From Octopus bimaculoides (Eukaryota), in NCBI RefSeq assembly GCF_001194135.2, contig NC_068994.1, positions 36,983,000-37,046,999 of the forward strand: DNA of 64,000 nucleotides. The letters run 5' to 3'. Made by a program: the position numbers and the translations under genes. A model generated the notes under the pieces. That model ran no database searches. It was not told where the DNA came from and was given only the letters and a program-made list of their open reading frames with translations. Of this stretch, positions 25,571-38,726 are shown piece by piece (positions within the stretch are counted from its first letter, which is position 1; each line of letters starts with the position of its first letter).

Positions 25571-27481
25571 AAAATACAGACACATATATATTTATATAGA
25601 TGGACACATGTGCATGGCTGGGTGGTTAAAGAGTTTCCTATACAACCTCATGGTTCTGTGTTCAAGTCCTATTGTAAGGTATTTTCAGCAAGTGTCCCTA
25701 TTTAGCAAGTGCTTGAGGTTGACTAGGTGGAATTTCATGGATGGAAGCTACTGTCTTATGAATGGGAGTACTTAAACAATACCTACGTGAATAGATTTGA
25801 GTTTGTAATTAAAACTGTAATTATTTGATACTATATGACATTTTCATGTGGAAGGATTCCCTGGAAACAATTTTACCTTGTATGTAAACATTAAGGACTT
25901 CTCTTTTCTCTTGATTCCTAAACTACTGATAAACTATGAAGAGAAATAAAATAAAAACATACATATTCCATGAATTTCATCCAGGTTAATTATTTTCATC
26001 TTTAACAAAATATTTCCATTCATAAAATGTTTAATTCACAAGTCACTTGTTATATCATGCTGATGATTTCAAAAATGAATGAAAGAGTACTATACATGAT
26101 GCATTATCTAACAGATCGATTCCCTTCCTATTGCTAACCCTTATTTGGTTCCCAAGTATTAAGGAATCTCACAAAAGGGCAAAGTGAGTAGATGATTTGT
26201 TGACAAGTGGACTGACCACAACACCGCATGTCAAAACCTTAACAGATGTCAGTTGTAAAAAGCACAGGCACACACATGCTTACTCATATAAACACACACG
26301 TACGTACACACACACACACAAAAAAAAACATGCACACATATATTTGTATATATAGATACCAGGGCTAATAAATTTGTTACTTCAAGTTGGTTATCTTAAC
26401 ATGTAATGTATTATAACTGGATTCCAAGAGGCTTTTCATGTAATCATGTACATACTTATGTATCTTACTCAAACCTCCATGATATTAATTGCGTCTTTCT
26501 CTCATGTAAAATATATTGGAAGTAGGATGTTTAATAACTATCTTACTCTAACTAATAAACAAATTGTGTATGTTGAATAAGAATGGTAAAAGGCAAGTTT
26601 AAGAAATGATTTACCAGCCACACTACTTCTTTCAAGTGTATCAGTGAGAGAAAAACAACAACTGTTTCTAATTATACTGAGATTAAAAAAGAATAAAATT
26701 GACAATCGAATAAAGTGGAAAATTTATGAACATAAGATGATGTAAATTATATACTGCAGAAAAGATCACCTAACATAATAGCACCAAAGCCTCATATAAA
26801 TATTTAAACACTTTAAACTTTATCCAGTGCCACCACTTTTATAAGGATTTGTTAAAATTTTTGAAAACCAATTGAACAACCTGACTTGTTATACATAAAT
26901 AGCAACAATAGTTATTTTTTTGACCAGTAACCTACATTTCTTACTCATTCTGGTGCAACCACACCCTTCAAGACTCCCACAGTTACATGAAAATATACAA
27001 CTATTGAACTTTCCACACCAACCTAATATAAATGTCTCATACATTTAATGCTAATGCTTACCTCCTCTTTTTGTTTATCAGCTTCTGAATAACTAGTTAC
27101 ATTTATTAAATGGTTTTAAATGTCATTAGTATGCAATTGAGAGATTTTTCTATATATTTTGCAATGCTAATTGCACCAAGTAAAGTAATCCAGTAGGTTA
27201 ACCATTAATTATTCCCCATTACATTAAATTGCAATTGGTGAGAAAAACAGCATTTATATTAAGGAGTTTTATGTAACACAGACAACGAAGATACTCTTGG
27301 AATCTTAATTCTTCTGTCTTTTATTTTGTAAATGATTGGTGGAACTCAGATAAGCAAACTTAACTATCCTGAAAATTAAAAACTATTAAATAATAAAATT
27401 TAATATAATTTGTATAAAGTTCTCTCTTTTTGTCTCATGGAGCCCATATTATGATATATCATTATCATCACTACCATCATA

Positions 27482-28117
27482 CAGGGTGGTTCAAAAGTCA
27501 CAGAGAGGTCTAAAAGTTTAATAAATTTGTTTTAATTACATTTATTTTATTTGTAATTCATAAAATGGGACTCTTCATTCCTAATGTACATATATTTCCT
27601 ATATCATCCATGCTGGTGGCATGTAAAGAACATCTTTTGAACGTTGGGCCTCATGGAGGCAATGTGGCTGAGTTCCTTTCAAGTGTTGGGCCTCACAGAG
27701 GCAATGACCAAAATTGTTGGTATTATGTTATGCTTGAGAAGACCCATCAAGCCAAGCAAAATCACAGTCATGGCAGATACTGGTATCACACAAATTGGCA
27801 CCTGTGCCAGTAGCACATAAATGCACCCCAGTGTCATGCAAATGGCATGTAAGAGCACCCATTACACTTTCAGAGTGGTTGGCATTAGGAAGGGCATCCA
27901 GCCATAGAAAATCATGCCAAATCAGACTGGAGTCTCGTGCAGCCTTCCAGCATGCCAGCCCATCAAACCATCCAACCCATGCCAGCATGGACAATGGACA
28001 TTAAATGATGATGATGATGATAATGATATAGATATACTGTATGTGGTGCTAAGTTTCCATGAATTTAAAACAGCATAAATTAATTATTAACACCTTTGTG
28101 ACTTTTGGGCCACCCTA
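27482..28117. mobile_element. Tc1/mariner-type MITE with TA TSD, interrupted by a SINE
   Basis: The left end TA|CAGGGTGGTTCAAAAGTCAC and right end GTGACTTTTGGGCCACCCTA|TA form an imperfect 20-bp TIR pair. Confidence 0.8.
27605..28030 (+). mobile_element. SINE family B (RTE-like tail ending in (GAT)n), nested in the MITE
   Basis: It contains GTTGGCATTAGGAAGGGCATCCAGCCATAGAAA...CCAACCCATGCCAGCATGG...TAAATGATGATGATG. Other copies lie at 31245-32125 (+), 33320-33500 (+), 46425-46530 (+), 57600-57830 (-), 28125-28260 (-) and 18240-18300 (-). Confidence 0.8.
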
Positions 28118-28345
28118 TAAAAGTATCAATGTCCTCTTTTCCATGCTCACATGAGCTGGGCTGAATTTTGTTGTGGCAAATTTTCGATGGTTGGATGCCC
28201 TTTCTGACACTAAATCTCACCTGTTTCCAACTAAGATAATATTTCCTCATGAGCAAACAAGTTTGCACAGAAAATTGAAAATGAAGGTGATACCGGTTTC
28301 AACTATCACACAATATCAAAGTAACGAAACAGTAACATACAACCA

Positions 28346-28385
<40 letters not shown>

Positions 28386-28436
28386 TACACAAACACACAC
28401 ACGCACACACATGTATACATACACACATGTATACAT

Positions 28437-28479
<43 letters not shown>

Positions 28480-28487
<8 letters not shown>

Positions 28488-28645
28488 ATGGTTATCTTTA
28501 GGTTTCCATCTACTAACTCCACTCAGAAGGTTTTGGTTGGTTTAAGGCTACAATAGACATTTACCCAAGGTGCCATGCAGTGGGACTGAACCGAAAACAT
28601 TATGGTTGGGAAGCAAAATTTTTACCACACAGCCACATCTGTATT
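28480..28645 (-). mobile_element. SINE family A, 5' part
   Basis: The reverse complement reads TGTGGCTGTGTGGTAAAAA...GGTTCAGTCCCACTGCATGGCACCTTGGGTAAATGTC. Confidence 0.8.
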
Positions 28646-29149
28646 TAACATATGTGTGGGTATGTGAATGATGACTGTGTTTAAAAATTCACTGTATTCT
28701 TTCACATTCTTTAAAATATAAAACATAGCTGTTTGCAAGACTTGCTAGCATGTACCATCCTTTTGTTGATTGTTATAGTTGCCTCCCTTCCAACCCTCTA
28801 CAGCTGAAAGAAGAGAGAGAGGGGGGGGGGAGAGAAAATCACCAACATTAAGCTGATAGTCATTTTCAGTCAAGCAGACAGGAGCAATATGAATTAAAAT
28901 ACATTGCTCAAGGACACATGACATTCAGCCATAGCATCATGATTGTGAGCCAACAACCTAACCATTAGGCTATGTGCCTTTACTTTTTAAACACTGTTTT
29001 ATTATTTTTGCACTACCTCTAGTTACAACTAGTGGCACACCAATATGCTGTAGTACACCATTTAAAAATAACTTGTCTAGATCTTTGTATATTTTGGTTA
29101 TCATTTTATTTATACATTTTCATTTTGGAAGGTGGGGAATAGGTAAAAT

Positions 29150-29340
29150 TGTTCCAGTGTTGGAAATAAATGTTTTGTGCCATTTGTTTCAGCTTTTTAT
29201 TTCTAAGTTCAAATCCTGCTCGGGTCAGCTTTACCTTTCATTCTTTTGTGAGGGCAGGGTCAGTAAAATAAAGTATCAATCAAGTACCGAGATTGATGGC
29301 ATTGACTAAGCTCAACCCACCAATTGCTAGCCTTATCTCA
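29150..29340 (+). mobile_element. tRNA-derived SINE family C (B-box GTTCAAATCC; central CCTTTCAT...GGTC.ATAAAAT domain)
   Basis: It reads CTAAGTTCAAATCCTGCTCGGGTCAGCTTTACCTTTCATTC...GTCAGTAAAATAAAGTA. Further copies lie at 33690-33830, 39865-39995, 40030-40250, 40395-40550, 42920-43085 and 54565-54770 (minus) and 48540-48660 (plus). The central part resembles the MetaSINE domain as recalled, which was not verified. Confidence 0.7.
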
Positions 29341-31244
29341 AATTTAGAAGGTATTTTATATATTTCTGTAGCATTTAACTTATTCATTGTGATTGACTGG
29401 ATCAGCAAATTTGAAATCTAAAATTGAACTTATTGTGATTAAAATTCTGTTGTCTTGGTAACTATGTTTAGAATATATATTATATATACTTCACTTCTGC
29501 AAGAGCACTATAACTTATTATAGAAAGAAGAATATTAGAATCACCAAAACTAATGTAGGAGAAAGCTATAGAAATAACTGAATAAACACTGAAGTATTTT
29601 GATAAATTAAAACTAATTAGCTGTCTTTTTTCTTGGAAAGTCAATAAATTAGATTCCTTCAAAGAGTGAGAAAAAAAAAATAAACAAAAATAATAATAGA
29701 AGACATTTAACCTTATAACCAACAGAGCCTATAGTCTAACACAAAAATATGCAGTGACATTGGATATTTTTTTCCTGATCATTCATGTGTGTTTAATTCA
29801 GCCAACCGGAAAAGATAAGTATTATAGAAGGAAAGCAGCCTAAGTAGCTAGCGAGAAAGAATGAATCTGCTGGTGGATAGAGGTGGGTGTGTAAAATAAC
29901 ACTTTGTGCATTACAAATGCATAATGAACACAGACCTAAGTAAGAAGAACTACCATATGGCATAAAACTGTTGAACGAATATGGTGCTGCAGTAGACAGA
30001 CATATTCTCTAATTGAATTGAAATTGTGAATATTTTGAAGAAATGCCATAGAAATCGGCTGAGACATGTTGAGAAAACTAAGCAAGCTTATAAGTAGATA
30101 TGAAATAAAAATGAAAATATTTTGTCAGAATAAAAGATGATGGACAATTTTTTTTATATTAATAGTTGGTTTTGTTTTCTTGCAGATTTCAAGGTTTATA
30201 ACTAAGCATTTAACTGTACCCACACATGTGCAGACACACAGACATGCATGCATTCAAATGCATGTATGTGTGTGCATATATATATGTATATATATGTTTC
30301 TCTTTATAAATGTATATTTGTATATGACAGCTGATGAAGGAAATGTTCTCTATGTGGCCTGTGTGTTTTCTGTACTCTGTTTATCATTTTGTCCACGTTT
30401 TTTTGCAACGTACTGTACCCAGATATGCATCTATATATACATCTAGATGTAGGTATGTCCATACATGTACGTATATATGCATATACTCATTTATTATTTG
30501 TATATGTGTATGTATTTGTGTGTGTATCTGTGTGTTTGTGTTTTTGTGTGTGTGTGTGCGTGTGTGTGTGTGTTGTGTGTGTGTATGAATACACAGACAG
30601 AAGTCAAAATTAAAAGCATGCACACATTGCCTGCTACTGTTTATACTAACAAGTCTTTGTGTAATGTATGTAGTATTCAGCAAGGAAAACTGGGTGAAGG
30701 ATTAAGCCAAACAAAATCTATTAGATCTAAGCAATGAATTATGGCAAGATTAAAGAATTTAGAAGCATATTGTTGGAAAGTAATTTTGAAAACATACTGA
30801 GGGTTAGTATGAGATAAAGGTGTTAGTGTGGTGGAATAGAAGATTAGCTTTTAGTAATCTAAGGTAAACCACTCAACTTTAATTCTTAGACATATTTACC
30901 ATGCTTTACCTATATCACTAATTTCTGTGAGAAAGGCATGATCATTACAACTTCCAATTTCTTCTTTAAAATAGTCTAGTTTCACTTGAATAAACAGCTC
31001 ACCTCCTTCAGTCACTAAGACAAACATAGAAAAAACAATAAGCAGATATGATTTGAGTTTGCATGAAACAGAAGTCAGATATATATAGGATTCAGCTGTA
31101 AAATTTATTTTTAATTAATGCAATTTCATTCTCATCATTAGTTAAACGTACTGCTTATATAGTAATCATCATTGCCATTACTATAGTCATCATTATTATC
31201 ATCATTATTTTTATCATTATTGTTTTCATAATCATTGTTATTGA

Positions 31245-32096
31245 TAGGGTGGTGAAGCATGACCTTCGAACATTGGGCCTTACTGAGGCAATGACTAGTG
31301 ACCGGGACCTTTGGAGATATGCTGTGCTTGAGAAAACCCGACAAGCCAAGTGAGACCATAGTCCATGGCCTATGCCAGTGGGTGTAACCAGCCCACTTAT
31401 GAACACCCCTCATTCATTGGACAATAAACCTTGCTTGTGAAGTCCTATTGAGCCGCTGACATGGCTGATGACAGTACTGCCTGATTAGCACTTGTGCCAG
31501 TAGAATGTTAAAAGCACATCCGAATGTGGGGTGTAACCGGCCCACTTATGAGTACCCTTCATTCATTGGACAATGAACTTTGCTCGCAAAGACCTATTGA
31601 AGCAAGTGTAAACAAATCAAAATTGCTGATGTGGCCAATGACAGTACCGCCTGATTGGCACTCATGCCAGTGGAACTTTGAAAGCACATCCAAGCATGAT
31701 CGCTACCAGGGCCATGGATTGGCTCCTGTGCCGGTGACACATGAAAAGCACCATTTGAGCATGATCGTCGCCAGTGTTGCCTTACTGGCACATGTGCTGG
31801 TGGCACGTGAAAAACAACATTTGAGCGTGGTTGTTGCCAGTGCCGATAGACTGGCTCCCATGCAGGTAGCATGTAAAAGCATCTTTTGAGCATGGTCGTT
31901 GCCAGAACCGCTTGACTGGCCCTCATACCAGGGGGCACGTAAAAGCACCCACTACACTCTCGGAGTAGTTGGCATTAGAAAGGGCATCCAGCTGCAGAAA
32001 CTTTGCCAGATCAGACTGAGCCTGGGGCAGCCTCTGGCTCACCAGTCCTCAGTCAAACCGTCCAACCCATGCCAGCATGGAAAGCAGACGTTAAAC

Positions 32097-32125
<29 letters not shown>
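31245..32125 (+). mobile_element. Long SINE family B copy with internal tandem duplications
   Basis: It has the same head and tail as 27605-28030, plus a duplicated segment of about 150 bp (GGTGTAACC(A/G)GCCCACTTATGA...CATTCATTGGACAAT) and four units of about 65 bp starting AGC(A/G)TG(A/G)T. Confidence 0.85.
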
Positions 32126-32127
<2 letters not shown>

Positions 32128-32429
32128 GTTATTGTTATTGTCATCACTGTATTTTAAAAGGTATCTTTTTTAATTCTTTAATCAGGAAACAAATTAGTGC
32201 CCATGACTCTCTCTCATCATAGGTCCTTCAAGACTGGTAATAGGGATGGAGGGAAGGAGTAAGGCATCCTTGAATTGGAGACCTAGCCTGAATGGTTGCA
32301 ACAGGGCAAACTCCATTAAAGATACCATACAAGATACCAGGAGGTGCTGTTAAAATGGTTATATTAGATTAACTCCCTTGCCTATCACTCCTTGGTTTTA
32401 AACACTCCCGGATAATGTTTTTGCCTACC

Positions 32430-32800
32430 AATTACTTTTGTAGTCAAGAAGCTCACTTTTTAACCATATGGTTTCTGGTTCAGTCCTAATGGATGACACC
32501 TTGAACCAGTGTCTTCTGCAATAGCTCCAGGCCAACCAGTGTTTCGTGGGCGATGAAAGCTATGTGGAATCCCATCATATATATGTGTGTGTATGCATTA
32601 TGTCTCTTTGTGGTTGTGGTTGTGGTGGTTCTGCTGCCACTGCTTGAAAATCGATTTTGATTTGTTTATGTCCCAGTAATTTAATGTTTTGCCAACAAAG
32701 ACCAATAGAATAAATGTTAGTATTGATTTGTTCACCTAAACATGTCACAGTAGTGCCCCAGCATGGCCACAGTCCAGTTACTGAAACAAGTAAAAGATAA
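32430..32800 (+). mobile_element. SINE family A, diverged copy
   Basis: It has GGTTCAGTCC, GTGTCTTCTGCAATAGCTCCAGGCCAACC and the tail CCCCAGCATGGCCACAGTCCAGTTACTGAAACAAGTAAAAGAT. Confidence 0.75.
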
Positions 32801-33525
32801 TCACAGTTGATCAATGGTTTTCAACTCACTATATTACCTAAATGAGAAATTGTTATATTCCTGTGTTATGTATCTCAGATTGTGTTAATTTACTTGTCAA
32901 AATAAAAATCATTCTGAGATGGTAGCAAAAACATTATTGGCATTGCAATTGTTGTTGAGCCCTAGATTATTCCTGATTTGACCAACTTCTTATTAAAAGT
33001 ATTCCATTCTTTTTTCCTAATGAATATAGTACCCAGAAGAACATTATCCAGTTATACAATATTCCTTTTTTGTAATGGTCGTATAGTATCTATTTATGGT
33101 AATGTGGGCTGAACTTGTAAAAGTTGAACCAGAGACTCAGTGCATCACCAGTGATGAAACAAATTCTTATCCTTCAGGCCTGTTGTTCATCACTTCATCG
33201 ACACATCTGCCTTTAACTCAAAACAGATTTTATTTAATCTTTTTAATTAACCCAACTTAGACCACTCATATTAAAATGCATATATCACAAGATTTTAATT
33301 GGGCAACATTAATGTAATATGTATTTGTGCTGGTGCCACATAAAAAGCACTCAGTACACCTTGTATAGTGGTTGATATTAGAAAGAACAACCAGCCATAG
33401 AATATCATACTAAAGCATAGTTTCTGTTGCAGACGTTGGAGCTTGGCACAGTCTTCTAGCTCTCCAGCTTCTGTTGACCTGTCAAGCCCATGCCATTATA
33501 TTAAATAATTATGAAGGCATTATAC

Positions 33526-33649
33526 CTTGCTTTCGACCCTCAACTCTTGTGGGAGCCATAGAAGTGCTGTCATGGCATATGATGCAGCTTGTGCATATTT
33601 TGATCTGGTAGAGTTCATTCTCTCCTGGATTAACCTCACCTGATTTCTT
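33526..33649 (-). CDS. Candidate internal exon (124 nt, phase 0 to 1; KKSGEVNPGENELYQIKICTSCIICHDSTSMAPTRVEGRKQ-G)
   Basis: It has acceptor TTCCCCTTTGCTGTCTCCAG|AAG and donor CAAG|GTATAA, an open frame, and an end phase matching the 25090 exon. It is flanked by SINEs and shows no recognisable homology. Confidence 0.3.
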
Positions 33650-33888
33650 CTGGAGACAGCAAAGGGGAATTTGAGAATCAACCCTAGCACAATATCTGTT
33701 GATCCTCAAATGGACAAAAGGTGAAGCTGATTTTGCTGTGGTTTGAACTCAGTGTGCAAGGATCTGGAACAACTATCACAATGCACATTATTTAATACTT
33801 TAACGACTTTGCCAACTCCCTACTTTCTGCACTAATACGCAGACATACGCACACACACATGAATATTATCCACATATATATGTGTATG

Positions 33889-33935
<47 letters not shown>

Positions 33936-35084
33936 ATATATATATATATATATATTTATATAAAGTTAGGGATATTTTGGTGAATCACTCCAAACATGTT
34001 CATTTTACTGAATATAAAGTAGAAAACACAAGGGCATTAGGAATTCGAAATATAGTCACAAAAGAGTGTTAAAGAAGAGAAATGTGCAGTTATTAAGTAT
34101 AAATATTGCTAGTTCAGGGCATGGTAAAATGATTATTGAGCTGATTGTTGTAGTCTGGGATTTAATATTTAGAGCTAAATAGCTGAAGTCATTTATAATA
34201 TATCACCAATAACCAGTAGGAAGAGATTTCATTCTAAAAATATAGATTGTATTTTTGATCATTAGATTTAAAAAAAAACAGATAGCAAATAGTGAAAAGG
34301 GGGGAAAAAAAACAAATGAACAAAGCTAACTAGCTGCTTTGTGGGGGAAAAAAATGTTATTTCTTTTTTGAAAGCTAAATGTTTCTGTAACAAGTTTATA
34401 AAGCAGACATGAATTGTTTGAAATTCTGAACTGAATTGTTGGAAATTGTGAGCTGAAAAATTTTTGCAAAGAGAGAACAGTTTGAGTTTTATGTTTGAGA
34501 GAAAATAGAGCTTGGCTCATGTTGAGTACAAGTAGAGTTATGTTTTTGACGGTGAAAGCAGATAAAAGTTGTCAGGATCTCATTAAACGAGATTGAAATC
34601 ATTGCTCACGAATATAGCATTGGAGCACATATCCATAATAAGGATGTAAGGAGAGAGGCGAATTGGGATTTTATGGCAAGAGTAGTGTTATGGGGAATGG
34701 GTGGTCACGATGGTAAAAGAGTGAATGAGGTTATTAGTAGCTATCTTCCTGTGCACGCACAGCAAGCTGGGTAATTATCTTACAGGGTTGTAAAGCTAAA
34801 GAAAGTACACATGCAAATAACTGTTTGTAGTGTTTTTACTTTTCTTTTCTTTTCTTTGCTATTTCTATTTACAGTACTTTGAATGTGTAAAAATATTAAC
34901 AGAATCTGCCAACAATAAAATTGTCTTGTGACTAAGGTAGTTTTTTTTCCTTTTTTTCTTTGTATCATAAAAAAAGTGGAGGGAAACAAAAATATAAACC
35001 GAAAAAAAAAAAGAAAATACAGCATGTAAATGAGAAAAAGAACAGTTTGCTGACTTGCCAAAGAAAAGTGATATGATGACATTG

Positions 35085-35220
35085 AATGAAATAATGATAA
35101 CAATAACAACAACAGCAATAACAACAGCTACACTAATAATGATGGTGATGATGATGAAAATAATAAGAAGAAGAAGAAGAACAACAACAACAATAACAAC
35201 AACAATCACCATCATGATAA
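35085..35220. repeat. Compound trinucleotide repeat (AAT/AAC/GAT/AAG)
   Basis: It is directly visible and produces the poly-V/I/L ORFs in the track. Similar arrays lie at 23015-23150, 31155-31240 and 42868-42908. Confidence 0.9.
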
Positions 35221-35933
35221 TGGAGTGGAGTGGAGTGGTTAGTAAATAGAGTACTGAGGTCTTTGTGATTGGAGATATTGCTATGTTTCTGGAGAAACAA
35301 CATATAAAGTTTCCGTATCAGAACAAGCAGCAGCATTTCCAATCAGTAAACCATGTGTAAGTACAAAAATAATGATACACTTGTTCGAGTTCAGGGTGTG
35401 TTTCACACATGCATGCATACATATACACTCACATTTGCGCAATCATATATATAGATAAACAACAAACGCATAAACAAACAAAGAAGTAAATAAAGCAACT
35501 AGAAAAATATAATAAAATACAGTTATCTCAAGTAAAGAATTTGTTGTGTTGTTTTTATGTTGCTTCGGAGTTTGTAATATATCTGAGTTGCAGAGGAAAG
35601 AAGAAAAGAAAAGAAAAAACATTTAAGAATATAACAAAAGAGAATTTGGAACCCCCTAATGTGAATTCTTCTTCAATACATAATAGGTAAACAATAGAAA
35701 ATATGAAAACTGGTTGGAGCTGAAAAATTACCAAAAGAACTGATGAGGCAAAAATGATAGGATGGTGAGAGGAACAGTATAAGGAAAATATGTTGCAAAA
35801 ACATAAAAGGAGGAATATAAAGAAGTCAGTAATTCTTCAGGAGCTTGCAAAAATAGAGAGTTGTCCTTTGGTGCACTGTTTGTTGGTGGGGGCAGAGTTA
35901 AGTCAACCAAATACTGCTGACTAAATACGGAAG

Positions 35934-36062
35934 AGAGAGAGAGAGACAGAGGAAGAGGGAGAGACAGACAGAGGAAGAGGGAGAGACAGACAGAGGAAGA
36001 GGGAGAGACAGACAGAGGAAGAGGGAGAGACAGACAGAGGAAGAGGGAGAGACAGACAGAGG
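35934..36062. repeat. Polypurine minisatellite, 22-bp unit GAGAGACAGACAGAGGAAGAGG, about 5.5 copies
   Basis: The tandem units are directly visible and nearly perfect. Confidence 0.95.
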
Positions 36063-36578
36063 CCAATATCGATATTATTGTCTCTTTACATGTTTAATAT
36101 TTACATCACCATAACAATAGCTAATGGAAGAAAATTATTTCCATTGGGTAGCCCTGCCCAGTTCTGCTTCAGCAAACCTAATGAGGATCTAGCAAAATGC
36201 TGAACTGGTCATGGATAAGAACTAATCATGGAAGTCTATGTTGAGTGGTATATATAGCATCTTTTATATTATATGTTACCCCTTTATGGTGTTAGAAGAA
36301 AATGTCAGAGAAAATGGTATTTAAAGAATACTGATCATATAATGCATTCAGTTAGTGAGTGATTTTAACTATGGTCATCTTGTCAATATTTTGAGCTTAT
36401 TATTCTGAGATTTAAGACATACAATATGCCAGTACAATTTTAAAAGTTCATAGGACGTTTGAGCTCTTTGGATTCCACATAGATGATTCAAAAGTGGGAG
36501 ACAATGAAAAAAACAGAAGTTGCAGTTATTACACACAAGTGCAAGCACACACACACACATACACATGCATACACACAT

Positions 36579-36614
<36 letters not shown>

Positions 36615-36674
36615 ATATATATAATGTTCTTTATGTACACAGCCTTGGTTTTTTACCTCATTACAAAAAGTAAA

Positions 36675-36714
<40 letters not shown>

Positions 36715-37479
36715 TACAAGATGCATGAATGACTTTCCTAAGAAGTTTGCTTTCCAGCCACATGATTTCAGATTTGACAATGTGTGTGTTTGTGTGTATT
36801 TGGTGTAGGTAAAATAAACGTCAAAGATGCTTTGGTCCATACAGAAACTGCAGGATTTACTTAAAGATGTTGCAAACACTTCTGATGTTGACTGAAATGT
36901 TGACTAAAACTATTGCTATTTTGGAAACACTTCTGTATTTTCAGCAGCTATCTCTGAGTCACAAGCGTTTCACCTTCTAAGCTTTACTGTTTCCTTGAAT
37001 GGGGTAGCAAGGTGTGAATTAGCCTTTACTGATAGTAAGCTTCTATCTGCTGTCTCTTATCAACCACAACAACCTTGATCTGGTCTCAGCTATCATGGTT
37101 ATATTCTTGGTGGTTTTCTTCAGTTGCTTCCAATCTTCTGCAAGAAATAGCATACTGATATTGCTAAGAAACCATGGCAGCCAACTTCGTGGTTCATCAA
37201 AAGTGACCAACAGAACAAGTATCAGGTTTTAAAAAATATAATTACTAGGGTCAATACATTCAACTAAAGTTCTTCAAGGCTGTGCCCCAGCATGGCCACA
37301 GTCTAATGACTGACACAAATAACATAAAAAATACTTTCATTTATTACATGTTCCTCAGGAAACTCTTTTGCATTGATTGTATAGCAAATTAAATTCTAAA
37401 TTAAATCTCTATTGCAATTTGTGATAATTTTGCACCTTTTGCTAACTTCAAATCTGAAACAAGGAGAAAATATCAATTT

Positions 37480-37740
37480 GCAAAAAGTTGCACCCTGAAC
37501 CACATTTTCACCAGATGCTTTAGAATAGTGGGAGCTATACAGCTGTGTACATCCATACATATCACATGACCAAACCAGCACAGTCTTCTCTCTTGCAAAC
37601 TGCATCAAATTCCTCTTATGCCCAACTCTTCCCTCAAAACTCTAACACTGTCACACATGTACACTGATGATGTACATCCAGCAGAGTACACTAGCTGTAG
37701 AAATGTGTATATCTCTGTGTTCGTCCCCTCCACCATGACA
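37480..37740 (-). mobile_element. RTE-clade LINE 3' remnant
   Basis: The minus strand translates to CSLQERRLCWFGHVICMDVHSC, matching the RTE C-terminal RRLRWFGHV.RM motif. Confidence 0.7.
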
Positions 37741-38674
37741 ATTAGTGCTTGTTGGTTTGTTTATGTCCCTTTAAATTAATGGTAGAATAAGTATCAAACT
37801 TAAAAGTACTGGTGTCAGTTTGTTTGATTAAATCTTTGAAAGTAGCGCTCCAGTATGGCCGCAATCTAATGACTGAAACAAGTAAAAAATAAAGATAAAA
37901 AACAGAACAGCAAAGAAAATGGTAGAGTACCAAGTAAATGGTGGAGGACTAAGATAAACAGTAGTACATTTAGTAAATTGGAAACACAGCAGGAAAATGG
38001 CAAAGTTTTCTGCAAAATAGCAAAAGGCTAAGAAAAAAAAATAGTTGAGCAACAACAAAAAAATTATAAAACACCAAGAACAAAAGCTGGAGCAATAAGA
38101 GAATATGGTGAAACAGTAAGGAAAGTGATGGAGATCTGCAAAAAACAACAACAAAAGGGAAAGAAATGCTGAAAATATAACAAAAATAAAAAAATGTCGA
38201 AGTAGGATTTTGCTTCTTCCCTTTTAGACTCAATATTCAAATGTTAATTTCCCCACTCAGTATTGACAGACTATGTACCAGTAATATATTGGGATTTTAG
38301 GAAGTATCACTTGATCATTCAGCCTATTAGAAATAGCAGCCAAATCTCCTTAAATTGCATTCTGTCATCTTAAAGAAAAGTAAAACATTAGGTTTTGGAT
38401 TAAGTGCTCTTACATATTTTGTCAAATAAAAGATGGGATAGGCCTGGTTGGAACACCTTTGATCATAGGTATGCCTGATCATTGCTATCCTGGGGCTAAA
38501 TAAGATATAAGTACTACAAAAAAAAATATTGACCATACACCTTATCGAAATAAGTCTAAGTTGTTTTGTTTGATAAGTAAATAAATAATGTAAATGTGAA
38601 AAACTGTCTGAGCATGAGTGAATTCAGAAAATGATTGCTGTAATTGACTGCTTCAAATACAATATATGTGTGTG

Positions 38675-38726
<52 letters not shown>

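Noticed and set aside
27062-27084. 23-nt microexon candidate with strong donor GAG|GTAAGC
   Set aside because: The only frame compatible with the phase-1 terminal exon contains a stop (AGC TGA), and the acceptor is weak.
31690-31950. Regular units of about 65 bp as a CRISPR-like array
   Set aside because: The units are contiguous and diverged along their whole length, have no unique spacers, sit inside a SINE, and are in a eukaryotic context with no cas genes.
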